Shown piece by piece: positions 40,678-53,214 of a stretch of 64,000 nt of DNA. The stretch's first letter is position 1, and each line of letters starts with the position of its first letter. The notes under the pieces were generated by a model, which was given only the letters and a program-made list of their open reading frames with translations, was not told the DNA's origin and searched no databases. The DNA comes from Chloroflexota bacterium (lineage in GTDB: Bacteria > Chloroflexota > Dehalococcoidia > DSGV01): positions 7,611 to 71,610 of the forward strand of contig JAJYLG010000006.1 in assembly GCA_021787985.1 (NCBI GenBank), in the 5' to 3' direction. A program made the translations under genes and the position numbers.

Positions 40678-41472
40678 CTAGCGGCCGGGGAGGTAGAGCC
40701 GCGGCGCGGTGGACGGCTGCGCGGTCTGCAGGGCGGACGGTCCGCCCGCGGCGGAAGGAAGCTGGATCGGGGTCGCGCTGCCCGTCGTCTGCGAGCGGGC
40801 GACCGGCAGCGCGGCGGCACGCAGGACCGACGCCACGTACTCGTCATCCGGCAGCGCGCCCGTGATCAGGGAGCGGCCGTTGATGAGCGTCGCCGGCACG
40901 GCCACGATGGCGAAACGCTGCAGCAGGGCGGGGAACTCGGTCGCTTCCACGATCTCTACGCGGATGCGGGTCGACTCGAGCGCCATGCGCCAGGCGAGCA
41001 CGGCGATCGGGGGGCTGTAGGGACAGGGCGGGGTCACGAAGACCTGCAGGTGCACGTCATCCTGCACGCGCCTGAGCCGGTTGCGCGCGGCGGTCGAGAG
41101 CAGCGGCTGGCCGCGGGAGGCGTCGACCAGCACCTGGACGAACGCGCCGAACAGCCCGCCCGCCGGGATGCCGTAGTACGAAAGCGGCCGGTTGCGCACG
41201 CCGCGGATCACGGTGCAGGGCACGCCGAAGACGTGCAGCCGGCGCTCGAGTTCGGGCTCCTCGCCCCGGACGTGCGCGCGCAGCGTGATGCGGTCTGACA
41301 GCGCGGCCAGCTCGGCCAGCAGCTCGCCGGTCGGCCCGCAGTACTGGCAGGGCTCGCGCCCGGGCACGATCAGGCCCACCTCGCGCTGTGTGAAGTAGTC
41401 GAGCTTCACACCGCCGGTCAGCTCCTGGGCGAAGCGCTGACGCAGGTGCTCGCGGTCGGACGGAGGGATCAG
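40678..41472 (-). CDS. Two-domain thioredoxin-fold protein disulfide oxidoreductase (probable CTG start)
   Basis: CQYC and CPYS motifs; GIPAG..F; VAVP cis-Pro loop. Confidence 0.8.
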   Translation of the reverse strand: MIPPSDREHLRQRFAQELTGGVKLDYFTQREVGLIVPGREPCQYCGPTGELLAELAALSDRITLRAHVRGEEPELERRLHVFGVPCTVIRGVRNRPLSYYGIPAGGLFGAFVQVLVDASRGQPLLSTAARNRLRRVQDDVHLQVFVTPPCPYSPPIAVLAWRMALESTRIRVEIVEATEFPALLQRFAIVAVPATLINGRSLITGALPDDEYVASVLRAAALPVARSQTTGSATPIQLPSAAGGPSALQTAQPSTAPRLYLPGR

Positions 41473-42095
41473 GGCGCGACCTCCCCGGTGTCGCCGCCAG
41501 TGTTGGAGCGCCGATTGCCGAGCGCCCGCCAGGCGAGCCACAGTCGTTGGAGCGCCGTCAGATTCGTGAGCACGGCGAGAACCCAAAGCGCGGGCACCGC
41601 GAGCCCTGCCAGCAGCGCCAGCGCCAGCAGCACCACCCGCTCGGCACGGGTGAACAGCCCCTCGCGCAGTTGTACGCCCAGGGTCTCGGCGCGCGCCCGG
41701 ACATAGCTCACGCCGATCGAGCCCAGCAGGGCGGCGATGATGACCAGCGAGACGACCTCGTCGTGGCGGAAGTGCCAGGAAAGCCCGCAGAGCACGGCCG
41801 CTTCGGAGAGCCGGTCGAGCGTCGCGTCGTACACGGCGCCGAAGGCGCTCACGCGGCCGGTGGCGCGGGCGAGCGCGCCGTCGAGCAGGTCGAGCGCGGA
41901 GAAGCAGAGCAGGACGGCTCCCGCCCAGCGCAACGCTCCGGAGGCGGCCAGCGCGCCGGCGAGCACGTTTCCGAGGAAGCCGATGGTGGTGACGCCGTTG
42001 GGCGTGACGCCGAGGCGGGCGAGCGCGCGCACGGGTGGGTCGAGCAGCCGGCGCGGCGCGCGGTGTGGCAGCAGGCCGGAAGGCAGCCTAGGCAC
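41469..42095 (-). CDS. CDP-alcohol phosphatidyltransferase, probable phosphatidylinositol-phosphate synthase
   Basis: TPNGVT; DLLDGALAR..G...D...DR; VSYVRARAE; same cluster as ino1. Confidence 0.85.
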   Translation of the reverse strand: MPRLPSGLLPHRAPRRLLDPPVRALARLGVTPNGVTTIGFLGNVLAGALAASGALRWAGAVLLCFSALDLLDGALARATGRVSAFGAVYDATLDRLSEAAVLCGLSWHFRHDEVVSLVIIAALLGSIGVSYVRARAETLGVQLREGLFTRAERVVLLALALLAGLAVPALWVLAVLTNLTALQRLWLAWRALGNRRSNTGGDTGEVAP

Positions 42096-43257
42096 TCGTC
42101 TGCTCCAGCTCGCGCGGACCGCCGGCCGTGGCGTGGCTCAGCGCCCGTTCGTAGAGCAGCCGCTCGTAATAGGAGAGCACGCGCTGGGCGATGCGGTCCC
42201 AGGAGAAGTCCTCGGCGCGCAGGCGGGCGTTGCCGGCGATCTCGTCGCGCTGTTCGGGCGAGTCGATGAGCTGGGCGAGGGCGGCGGCCATGGCGCCGTG
42301 GTCCTTGGGCGTGAACAGCAGCCCATCAAGGCCGTGGGTCACCACCCAGGCGAACCCCTCGATGTTGGAGGCGACCACCGGCAGCCCGGCGGCCATCGCC
42401 TCGAGCAGCACGTAGCCCTGGCTCTCCATGCCGGTGTTGGGTGCGCAGAAGATGTCCGCGCTTTGCAGGTAGCGGAGCTTGTCCTCCTCGCTGACGCGCC
42501 CGGTGAAGATCACGTCCTCATAGCCGGCGGCTCGCATCGCCTCGGCGTAGCGCCGCCGGCCGCGCCCCTCGCCGACGACGATCAGGCGCGTCTCCGGGTA
42601 GCTGGCCTGCAGCAGCGCATACGCGCGCAGCAGGTACTTGAGACCCTTGCGCTTCTCGAACCGGCCGATGAAGAGGATGTTGATGCGTCCGTCCCGCAGC
42701 TCGGGAAACGGCTGGACGGGCGTAACGTACGCGCTCAGGTCGATCCCGTTGGGGATGATGTTGTAGTAGCCGGGGAAGTAGCGAGCGGCCAGGTGCTCGG
42801 CCGGCGGCGAGACGGCGACCTTGCCATCGAGCTTCTTGAACCAGCGTTTGAGCAGGCGCCGGGTGTAGGAGTAGAGACGCAGCCCGCCCTCGCGCGCCGC
42901 GTGGAAGGTGCCGACGTTGACGGCCGACGAGAAGCGCAGGAAGAGGATCGGCAGGACGGGCATCAGCGGCTCGTGGACGTGGACCACGTCGAACCGGTGT
43001 TCGGCCAGGAAGCGCTTCACCTGGCCGCTCAGCCGCAGGGAGATGGCGATGCGCGCGACCGAGCCGCTGGCCGGGACGGGCCACGGCCTGCCGATGACAT
43101 AGGTCTGCTCCGGCCAGCCGGAGATCTCGTGGCTGGCCGGCCCGACGATCGCGACTTCGTGCCCGCGCGCGACGAACTGGTCGCGGAGCTGGCGGACGTG
43201 CGCGTTCACCCCGCCCGGCACCGCCAGGTCGTAGGGGGACACCAGGGCGATGCGCAT
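42088..43257 (-). CDS. GT4 glycosyltransferase, PimA-like
   Basis: MRIALVSPYDLAVPGGV, VHVHEP, GTFH, IPNGID, RKG, ESQGYVLLEAMAAG. Confidence 0.85.
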   Translation of the reverse strand: MRIALVSPYDLAVPGGVNAHVRQLRDQFVARGHEVAIVGPASHEISGWPEQTYVIGRPWPVPASGSVARIAISLRLSGQVKRFLAEHRFDVVHVHEPLMPVLPILFLRFSSAVNVGTFHAAREGGLRLYSYTRRLLKRWFKKLDGKVAVSPPAEHLAARYFPGYYNIIPNGIDLSAYVTPVQPFPELRDGRINILFIGRFEKRKGLKYLLRAYALLQASYPETRLIVVGEGRGRRRYAEAMRAAGYEDVIFTGRVSEEDKLRYLQSADIFCAPNTGMESQGYVLLEAMAAGLPVVASNIEGFAWVVTHGLDGLLFTPKDHGAMAAALAQLIDSPEQRDEIAGNARLRAEDFSWDRIAQRVLSYYERLLYERALSHATAGGPRELEQTSA

Positions 43258-44015
43258 CAGGTGGTACTCCGCGGCTGTCGGGTGACGGCGCGGCGGATGG
43301 GCTTCCAGACGACCTTTCGCGGTGTGGCGAGCAGCCCGCGGTACTGCTGGCGGACGATGTTGCCAATGCCTAGCTCGCGCCACGCGGGATGGCGCAGGTT
43401 CTCGGCGCTCGTCTCGCGGCGTTCCAGCGCGGCCCGCAGGTCGGCCGCAGTGTGGCCGTCGAACCGGGTCACGGCCGAGCCGACCGCCTGGAGGAAGTGG
43501 GCGTCTGAACCGCCCGTGGCCGCCATACGCCAGCGCTCGTTCAGTCGGCGGGCGCGCGCTTGCGTCACCCGTCCGGCGGGGCTCATGTTGGCCAGCTCGA
43601 TCCCGTCGAACCAGATGCTGTCGTTCTCCACGGCAAGCACGCGCTCGATGCCATGCCGGCCGATGCTGCGTGTGAGCCAGGAGAGCGGGTGCGGGATCAC
43701 GGCCAGACCACCGGCCGCGTGGATGGATTCGATCGTGCGGGACAGGGACTTGAGGCTCGGGATCGGGCGGTCTACGAACAACGCAAGCAGATGACCCTCG
43801 ATGGTGGTGACCTCGATGCCGGTGACGACCTCGAACCGCCAGCGGCCGCGACGCGCCCACGCCTCGCGCGCCGCCAGCGCGCCGTCGATGTCGTCGTGGT
43901 CGGTCACGGCGATGACGTCGAGATCAGTGCGTTCCTGCACGTAGTCGAGGAGCGCGTCGGGGCCCGCCATGCCATCGCCGGCGGCGGTATGAATCTGGAG
44001 GTCGGCGGTTGCCAC
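43257..44015 (-). CDS. PHP-domain metal-dependent phosphoesterase
   Basis: DLQIHT, VTDHD, GIEVTT..GH, IPHP, GGSDAH. Confidence 0.85.
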   Translation of the reverse strand: MATADLQIHTAAGDGMAGPDALLDYVQERTDLDVIAVTDHDDIDGALAAREAWARRGRWRFEVVTGIEVTTIEGHLLALFVDRPIPSLKSLSRTIESIHAAGGLAVIPHPLSWLTRSIGRHGIERVLAVENDSIWFDGIELANMSPAGRVTQARARRLNERWRMAATGGSDAHFLQAVGSAVTRFDGHTAADLRAALERRETSAENLRHPAWRELGIGNIVRQQYRGLLATPRKVVWKPIRRAVTRQPRSTT

Positions 44016-44042
44016 GCTCTTAGTATAGGGGCGGTGAACGTC

Positions 44043-44915
44043 TCATCCGGTCGGGTCGCCATCCCACATCGGGTGCAGCACGGACCACTGTCCGGGGTCG
44101 CGGCGTAGGCTCGCTTCCAGCCACTCGGCGATCACGCTCAAGTTGGCATCGATCGCCGCGGCTCGGTCGGTGGCGCGGAGCGGCTGGAAGGCGACGTCGA
44201 ACCGGGCGTAGAAACGCCGCGGGCCGAGCCGCCCGCACGATACGAGCACGACCGGCGCGCGGAACCGCATCGCCAGCTCTACGGGCCCGGGGGGCAGTCG
44301 TACGGGCGCGCCGCAGATCGTCACCGGGACCCCGCCGCCCGTCACGTCGCGGTCGGCCAGGACGCCGATGAGGCCGCCGTCGCGGAGGTGACGGACGGCA
44401 GCGAAGGCGCCGTGACGGTCGGCCGCCGTGAAGCGGTTGCCCTGGTGCGAGCGGAGCTGGACCATGAACCGGAAGAGCGGAGGCGGCTCCAGGCGTTCGA
44501 TGAGGCCGAGCCAGGTGCGACCGAACGCGGGCAGGCACTGCAGGAGGAACTCCGCGTTGCTGAAGTGGGCGCTGGTGAGCATCGCCGGGCCCTGGGCGAG
44601 GACCTCGCGGAACGCGTCTTCTCCCTGGAACGCGATCTCCGCCCGTACCGCTTGCGGCGTCATGCGCGGCAGGCGCGCCATGTCGGCCCAGTACCAGGCC
44701 GCGTTCCGGAAGATGCGCCGCACGTGGCGCTCGCGTGCGGCGGCCGGCACGCGCGGGCCGCTGACCCGCGCCACGTTGGCGCGGACGGCACGGCGGCTCG
44801 CGCCATTCAGCGCGTAGGCGAGCAGTCCAACACAAGATGCTAGCGGATACAAGGCCACGGCCGGCAGGCGGCCCGCGACGCGCATCGCCACCGCCAGCAA
44901 GGCGTAGCGCAGCAC
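44043..44915 (-). CDS. Lipid acyltransferase (LpxL/PatA-like), copy 2
   Basis: HFSNAE, LADRD, LPPGP, DPGQW. Confidence 0.82.
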   Translation of the reverse strand: MLRYALLAVAMRVAGRLPAVALYPLASCVGLLAYALNGASRRAVRANVARVSGPRVPAAARERHVRRIFRNAAWYWADMARLPRMTPQAVRAEIAFQGEDAFREVLAQGPAMLTSAHFSNAEFLLQCLPAFGRTWLGLIERLEPPPLFRFMVQLRSHQGNRFTAADRHGAFAAVRHLRDGGLIGVLADRDVTGGGVPVTICGAPVRLPPGPVELAMRFRAPVVLVSCGRLGPRRFYARFDVAFQPLRATDRAAAIDANLSVIAEWLEASLRRDPGQWSVLHPMWDGDPTG

Positions 44916-44918
44916 GTG

Positions 44919-45833
44919 TCAGGCGCGAGGCTCTTCGGCCAGGCGACCCGGCGGTACGGGGACGGCCGCGGGCGCGCCCTGCCACATACGCCGGAACATA
45001 TACCACTGGTCCGGGTATGCCCGCACCACCTGCTCCAGCGAGTGCATGATCGCCTGCGTGAGCTCGTGCACGTCCCGCTCCTCATCGTTCGTGTGCGGGG
45101 TGGCGATGCGTGTATCGACGATGGTGCGCCACGGCCGCGGCCCTCGCTGGGGGATGAACGCCACCGGGACGACGCGCGCGCCGGTCATGCGGGCGATGCG
45201 TGCCGGTCCCGCCGGGACCTCGACCGGCGCGCCGAAGAAGTCGACCCGCACGCCCTGGCCGGGAGTCGGCCGATCGATCAGGATGGCGAGCGCCTCGTTC
45301 CGTCGCAGGGCGCGCACGATCGCGAATGCGCTCTTCTCCATCGGGATGATCTTCATTCCGCGGGTGCGCCGCGATCCGACCACCATGTCGTTCAGCTTGT
45401 CGTGCTGGAACGTCTCAGCGATGACGTTGAGCGTGTAGCCGTGAGCGGTGAAGAACGCCCCACCGGAGTCCCAGTTGCCGAAGTGCATCAGGACGAAGAT
45501 CAGGCCCTTGCCTTCGGCCAGCACCTCGTCGATGAATTCCCAGCGATCGAACTCGGCCAGATCGCGCACGCGCTCGGGCTCGAGAGTCGGGTCGTGGATG
45601 AAGTCAGCGAGATAGCGCGCATAGTTCCGCATCATCTCGCGCGCGACCCAGCGCACGGTCGCCTCGTCCGCGTCCGGCAGGACGTGGCGCGCGTTGTCGA
45701 TGGCGTTCTCCCGCTTCTCGGTCCAGACAAGGTACACCAGCTCGGCGATACGCCGCGCGACGAACTGCGCGACCGGGCGCGGGGCGATACGGCCGAGGGC
45801 GTTGGCGAGCCGCCAGAGGAAGTACAGGATCAC
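44919..45833 (-). CDS. Lipid acyltransferase (LpxL/PatA-like), copy 1
   Basis: HFGNWD, LIDR, VDFFG..PAGPA, YPDQWY. Confidence 0.85.
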   Translation of the reverse strand: MILYFLWRLANALGRIAPRPVAQFVARRIAELVYLVWTEKRENAIDNARHVLPDADEATVRWVAREMMRNYARYLADFIHDPTLEPERVRDLAEFDRWEFIDEVLAEGKGLIFVLMHFGNWDSGGAFFTAHGYTLNVIAETFQHDKLNDMVVGSRRTRGMKIIPMEKSAFAIVRALRRNEALAILIDRPTPGQGVRVDFFGAPVEVPAGPARIARMTGARVVPVAFIPQRGPRPWRTIVDTRIATPHTNDEERDVHELTQAIMHSLEQVVRAYPDQWYMFRRMWQGAPAAVPVPPGRLAEEPRA

Positions 45834-45843
45834 GCCGTCTCTA

Positions 45844-46929
<1,086 letters not shown>

Positions 46930-47045
46930 CCTGGGAGACGCTCCTTTCGCTGCGGTCGGCAGGTGCGGGGATGGGAAGAAGGGATGTCGGCGGGCCGACG
47001 CAGCGTGCTCGGGCGGAGCGCGGCCCCGCCACGGCACCATGCGCT

Positions 47046-47074
47046 AGTCTATCAACGCCCTGCGCGGCGCTCAA
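47046..47074 (-). promoter_or_regulatory. Putative sigma70 promoter of the ino1 cluster
   Basis: TTGAGC-17nt-TAGACT on minus strand. Confidence 0.55.
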
Positions 47075-47235
47075 ACGGACGGGTCGGGTCGCCGCCCACC
47101 GGATACGGTCCCTTTGCGCCGCTCGGTGGCGGCTCGGCGGCCGGTTTCGACTGCCGCCAGCGCGCACGCGGCGAGCGCGCGGCGGCCGGCGTGGTCCGCC
47201 CCCTGTTCGCTGGCCGATGCTCGGGGGTCTGCTGG

Positions 47236-48312
47236 CTACAGGCATCCCGTGTGCGAGTTCGGCCACGCCCCGCTGGTAGAGCCGTACTCGGTGATGGCCC
47301 AGCAGATGTGCCCGTTCTCGAAGAGCTGGTACTGCCAGTTGTAGACCTGGGAGTAGGTCGTTTCCTCCGCCTTCGGCGCCCCCAGCCATCCCGCCGGCCC
47401 GCCGTTGTCGTTCACATAGACGGTCCAGACGAAGTCTCGCACGACGTACGCGTGGCCAACGTTCAGGCCCTGGATGATGTGCGCGTGGTCCACGGGATAC
47501 GCAGACCCGTCGTCGAAGTCCTCCATCCAGGAGTTGCCCGCCCGATAGGGGGCCAGGCTGCAGCCACCCGGCGAAGGGCAGCCGTTCGTCCGCAGGTAGA
47601 CCGGCCCCACCTTGGGCGGACTGGCGAACGCGCCGCCCAGCCGCAGGTACTCGGCGTGGATATCGCCGCAGCCCGGATCGCCGAAGCAGAAGCCGATCCA
47701 GACGTTGGTGGATTGGTAGTAGATGCCCGTGTGCAAGCCCGTCTGGCCGTCCATCGGCTCGGGCAGGACCGAGGGATTCGTGTCGTTGCTCGCGTAGCCG
47801 CCTTGCTGCTCGTTGTAGTGCAGGTGCGGGCCGTTGCATTGGGGCTCTGTATACCCAGTGTGCCCGCTTCGGGCTAGCAGGTCCCCTTGCGCGAGTTGAG
47901 CTCCGGGCAGCACGCTTACCGAGCCTAGCTGCAGGTGGGCATAGGTCACATGCCGATAGGCCCCGAGCGACCTGTCGTACCACTTGGTGATCACGGCGCG
48001 CCCACGATTGCCCCCAACGCAGGCGTCCTCCGTGACAACGAGCGCGACCACCTCCGAGTCAGTGGTCGCGTAGACGTTCGTCCCCTCCGGCAAACCGAAG
48101 TCGACCGCGTACCAGTGGTATTTCGCGCAGCTATGCCCACCGCCTGGGTCGTTGCAGTAACCGCCCGTGACCTGATAGCTGCTCCCCGCGCCCCAAGGCG
48201 CCTTGCGCAGGTAGGGGTCATGACGGTGGCTGGCCGGCGCCGGGGAGCTCGCGAGCGCCCAGACGAGCAGCGCCAGGCAGGCCGACGGCCAGAGAGGGAG
48301 AAACCGTCGCAT
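47236..48312 (-). CDS. Secreted M23-family peptidase with LGFP-like C-terminal repeats
   Basis: AVDFGLPEGT, TYAHL, SGHTG..GPHLH; WLGAP..E and QLFENGHICW. Confidence 0.75.
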   Translation of the reverse strand: MRRFLPLWPSACLALLVWALASSPAPASHRHDPYLRKAPWGAGSSYQVTGGYCNDPGGGHSCAKYHWYAVDFGLPEGTNVYATTDSEVVALVVTEDACVGGNRGRAVITKWYDRSLGAYRHVTYAHLQLGSVSVLPGAQLAQGDLLARSGHTGYTEPQCNGPHLHYNEQQGGYASNDTNPSVLPEPMDGQTGLHTGIYYQSTNVWIGFCFGDPGCGDIHAEYLRLGGAFASPPKVGPVYLRTNGCPSPGGCSLAPYRAGNSWMEDFDDGSAYPVDHAHIIQGLNVGHAYVVRDFVWTVYVNDNGGPAGWLGAPKAEETTYSQVYNWQYQLFENGHICWAITEYGSTSGAWPNSHTGCL

Positions 48313-49220
48313 CACCGACCTCCCGGCAAGCTGCGCAACGTTGCCACCACAGCGGCCGCCGGCACGGCGGAACCGAGCGGGCGCATGTCGCGGTGGGGAA
48401 CCGGGACATCGGGCGGCAGCGCGCGGTCAGACAGATCAAAGTTCGCGAGGATGACGTACTTCGTGGCCGTGGAGAAGACCACCCCCCCGCGGCGGGCCTC
48501 CGGGGCGGTCACGCCCTGCGGGCCGTCGATGCAGCCGGTCACGGTCCGGCCTCCCACCAACGAAACCGGCGCGACCTCGGCCGTCCTCTCGGGCGCCGGG
48601 CCGCAGTAGATGACGCCCAGGGCCACGGGCACCAGGCCTATGGACACCTGTCGGTGGCGCGGGTCGGTCACCGCGACCTGCTCACCGGGGGCTGCGAGAA
48701 AGATGAGCGTCCCCCCCGGCTCCTGCTCCGACGCGGACGAGCCCGGCTCAAGCCGTGCTACTGAACCGGGAGGCACGCATAGCCCGTAGCCGTAACGGGG
48801 AAAGCGCAAGGGCTGCCAGCCCGCGGGGCATTGCAGCGGCCCTGGCGGCAGCGGGACGACGTCCAGTGCTGGAGGGCTCCCCGGCGCGGGCGGAAGCTTG
48901 GCGGGGATCGCACCTGCGATGGGCAGAAGCTGCACCACGGTGCCAGGCGCCGGCGTGGGGCGCGCGACGTCAGCGCGGCATTGCCAATCGCCCGCCGGCG
49001 ACAGCTCCACCGGCGTGAACCCATTGACACACTGAAACCGAACGGTCCCGGTGAGCGGCGTGCCGCTGGGCGATGCGCTCACGGTAGGCGTCGGGCTGGC
49101 GCCCCTCTGCCCGCCAGGCAGGCCCGTCTGCGCACCGCGGCCGCCCCCACCGCAGGCGGCCAGCAGCGCGAGCGTCACGGTCAGGAGCGGCAAGACTCGC
49201 GGGAATCGCGAGGACCTCAC
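48312..49220 (-). CDS. Pro/Cys-rich lipoprotein
   Basis: GGAGGT RBS; lipobox LAAC; TGATG overlap with the M23 gene. Confidence 0.7.
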   Translation of the reverse strand: MRSSRFPRVLPLLTVTLALLAACGGGGRGAQTGLPGGQRGASPTPTVSASPSGTPLTGTVRFQCVNGFTPVELSPAGDWQCRADVARPTPAPGTVVQLLPIAGAIPAKLPPAPGSPPALDVVPLPPGPLQCPAGWQPLRFPRYGYGLCVPPGSVARLEPGSSASEQEPGGTLIFLAAPGEQVAVTDPRHRQVSIGLVPVALGVIYCGPAPERTAEVAPVSLVGGRTVTGCIDGPQGVTAPEARRGGVVFSTATKYVILANFDLSDRALPPDVPVPHRDMRPLGSAVPAAAVVATLRSLPGGR

Positions 49221-49258
49221 GTCGCACCTCCCATCCAGTCGGCCGAACGCGTTCTTGA

Positions 49259-50947
<1,689 letters not shown>

Positions 50948-51100
50948 CTCGCGGTACCGTATCTAACGGCGAGGTTGCGCGGCCGCGCGTCCGAGTCAGC
51001 GGGACCGGATCATCGGGCGGACGTGGGTCACGGCGCGAGCATGGTGGTGCTGGCGAGCTGCCGCGTGCGCGTGCCGGCGCGGCGGCGGTAGGCTGTGCAC

Positions 51101-51769
51101 ATGGTGTACGACTTCCACTTGCACTCGAGTCTGAGCGGCGACGCCGAGCTCGGCCCGGTGGAGCTCGCGCGCCGGGCGATCGTCGCCGGCTACCGCGCGT
51201 TCGCCATTACCGACCACGCCGCGCTCGGCACGGTGCCCCGGGTGGTGGCGGAGCTACGCGCCGACGTGGAGTTGGCGCGCAGCGAGTGGGGGGTGCCGAT
51301 CTTCGCCGGCGTGGAGCTGACGCACGTCCCGGCAAGCGCCGTGGAGCGCTGCGCGCGAGAGGCACGCGACGCCGGCGCGGAGATCGTGATCTGCCACGGC
51401 GAGACCGTGGCCGAGCCGGTGCAGCCGGGAACCAACATCGCGGCCATCCAGTGTGGGCTGGTGGATGTCCTGGCACACCCCGGGCTGCTCACCGTCGAGG
51501 ATGCGCACGAGGCGGCCCGACGCGGCGTCTTCCTGGAGCTATCGAGCAAGCCCGCGCACGCGGTCGCGAACGGGCGCGTCGCCCGTGTGACGAAGGAAGC
51601 CGATGCGGCTCTCCTGGTGAACTCCGACAATCATCTGTTCGACTTCCTGAGCGAACAGCGGTGCCGGGACGTCGTGCTAGGCGCGGGGCTCAACGAACAG
51701 GACCTCGACGCGATCCTGCGCGTGAACCCCGAGCGCCTGCTCCGACGCCTGGGTCTTGCAGTGCCGTAG
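51101..51769 (+). CDS. PHP-domain protein (histidinol-phosphatase-like family)
   Basis: YDFHLHS, ITDH, GVELTH, HGET, LAHPG, NSDNH. Confidence 0.85.
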   Translation: MVYDFHLHSSLSGDAELGPVELARRAIVAGYRAFAITDHAALGTVPRVVAELRADVELARSEWGVPIFAGVELTHVPASAVERCAREARDAGAEIVICHGETVAEPVQPGTNIAAIQCGLVDVLAHPGLLTVEDAHEAARRGVFLELSSKPAHAVANGRVARVTKEADAALLVNSDNHLFDFLSEQRCRDVVLGAGLNEQDLDAILRVNPERLLRRLGLAVP

Positions 51770-51792
51770 AGCGGGGCCCTGCCCCGCGCGAC

Positions 51793-51936
51793 TCAGGCCG
51801 CCTTGACGATCTTGAACATCTTCGTCCCGCAGGACGGGCAGACGCCCTGCATGGCGGGCTTGCCGTTCTTCATCGTGACCTTCTTGGCGTCCTTCATCTC
51901 GCGTTGGGCGCGGCACTTCAGGCAGTAGGCTTGCAC
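51793..51936 (-). CDS. 47-aa zinc-ribbon mini-protein (DUF5679-like), absent from ORF track
   Basis: MQAYCLKCRAQREMKDAKKVTMKNGKPAMQGVCPSCGTKMFKIVKAA; AAGGAGG RBS. Confidence 0.85.
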   Translation of the reverse strand: MQAYCLKCRAQREMKDAKKVTMKNGKPAMQGVCPSCGTKMFKIVKAA

Positions 51937-52171
51937 GGATTGGCCCTCCTTGACGCGTTTCTCGGCGCCGGCAGACGGCGGCTGAAGCTGGGCCGCACGT
52001 CTCCGAAGCTAGCGCGCCGGTTGCACGAATAATTCGCCGAATCCAGCCCGCTGTCAAGTGAAGCTGCCCGCGGGCTCCGCCAGCGCGCCCGCCGAGCCTG
52101 CCTGCGCGGCGCATGCGGACAGCCGGTTCGTGATCGCCAGCAGCCGGTCCGCTGGTGGTGGACGGACCGGG

Positions 52172-53053
52172 TCAGCCCAGGCCGCGGTACCAGTCGGCGA
52201 TCGCCTCGCCGATCTCGTGCGGCGAGTCCTCCTGGATGAAGTGGATGCCGGGTACCGTGACCTCTCGCTGATTCGGCCAGGCGCGGCAGAACTCGCGCTG
52301 TGCTCCCACCAGGATGGATCCCGGGTCGGCGTTGACGAGCAGCTTCGGCATGGGGCTCGCGCTGAGCCAGCGCGCGTAGTCCTCGACGATCGCGACCACG
52401 TCGGCCGGCTCGCCGTCGATCGGGATCTCGCGCGGCCACTGGAGCGTGGGCCGTCGCGACTCGCCCGGCTCCCGGTATGGCCGCCGGTAGACGGTCATCT
52501 CCTCTTCGGTCAGGCCGCGCGCTACGCTGGCCGGCAGGATCCGCTCCACGAAGACGTTCTTCTGGAGCACCATCTCCTCGCCCGCCGGGGAACGCATCCC
52601 CTGGAAGATGCCGCGCGCCGCGGCGGGCCATTCGTTCCAGGTCACCGGTCGCACGATCGCCTCCATGTAGGCGAGGCCTTTGACCCGGTCGGGGTGGCGG
52701 CGCGCCCAATGGAACGCGAGCGCGGACCCCCAATCGTGCGCCACCAACGTGACGTTCTCGTCGAGCCCGACCGCCTCGAACCAGGCGTCCAGGTAGCGCG
52801 CGTGGTCGGCAAACCGGTAGGAGCCGGAAGGGCTCCCGCCTGAGTCGCCCATGCCGATGAGGTCCGGCGCGAGGCAGCGGGCGAGCGGCGCCACGTGCGG
52901 GATGACGTTGCGCCAGAGGTAGGACGAGGTCGGGTTGCCATGGAGGAAGACGACCGGCTGCCCGCTGCCCGTAGCGACGTATGCGATCTCGGAGTCGAGC
53001 ACGGCTACGCGCTTGCGTGGATGAGGGTCGGCGGCGGAGATCTCGGCGGGCAT
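52172..53053 (-). CDS. Haloalkane dehalogenase
   Basis: [31 protein letters not shown]. Confidence 0.92.
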   Translation of the reverse strand: MPAEISAADPHPRKRVAVLDSEIAYVATGSGQPVVFLHGNPTSSYLWRNVIPHVAPLARCLAPDLIGMGDSGGSPSGSYRFADHARYLDAWFEAVGLDENVTLVAHDWGSALAFHWARRHPDRVKGLAYMEAIVRPVTWNEWPAAARGIFQGMRSPAGEEMVLQKNVFVERILPASVARGLTEEEMTVYRRPYREPGESRRPTLQWPREIPIDGEPADVVAIVEDYARWLSASPMPKLLVNADPGSILVGAQREFCRAWPNQREVTVPGIHFIQEDSPHEIGEAIADWYRGLG

Positions 53054-53214
53054 GGGCACGCTCCTCGGGCAGAGTCGTCCCGAGTGTCGGACTGCCGGCG
53101 AAGCGGCACAAGTCGGTGGTTCGCTTGCCCTGACGCCGGACGGGCCGTATTCTCGGCCAGGCGGCGCTGGCCGGCCCACGAGCCCCGGCGCACGCGCAGG
53201 GGGAGGAGCGAGGC

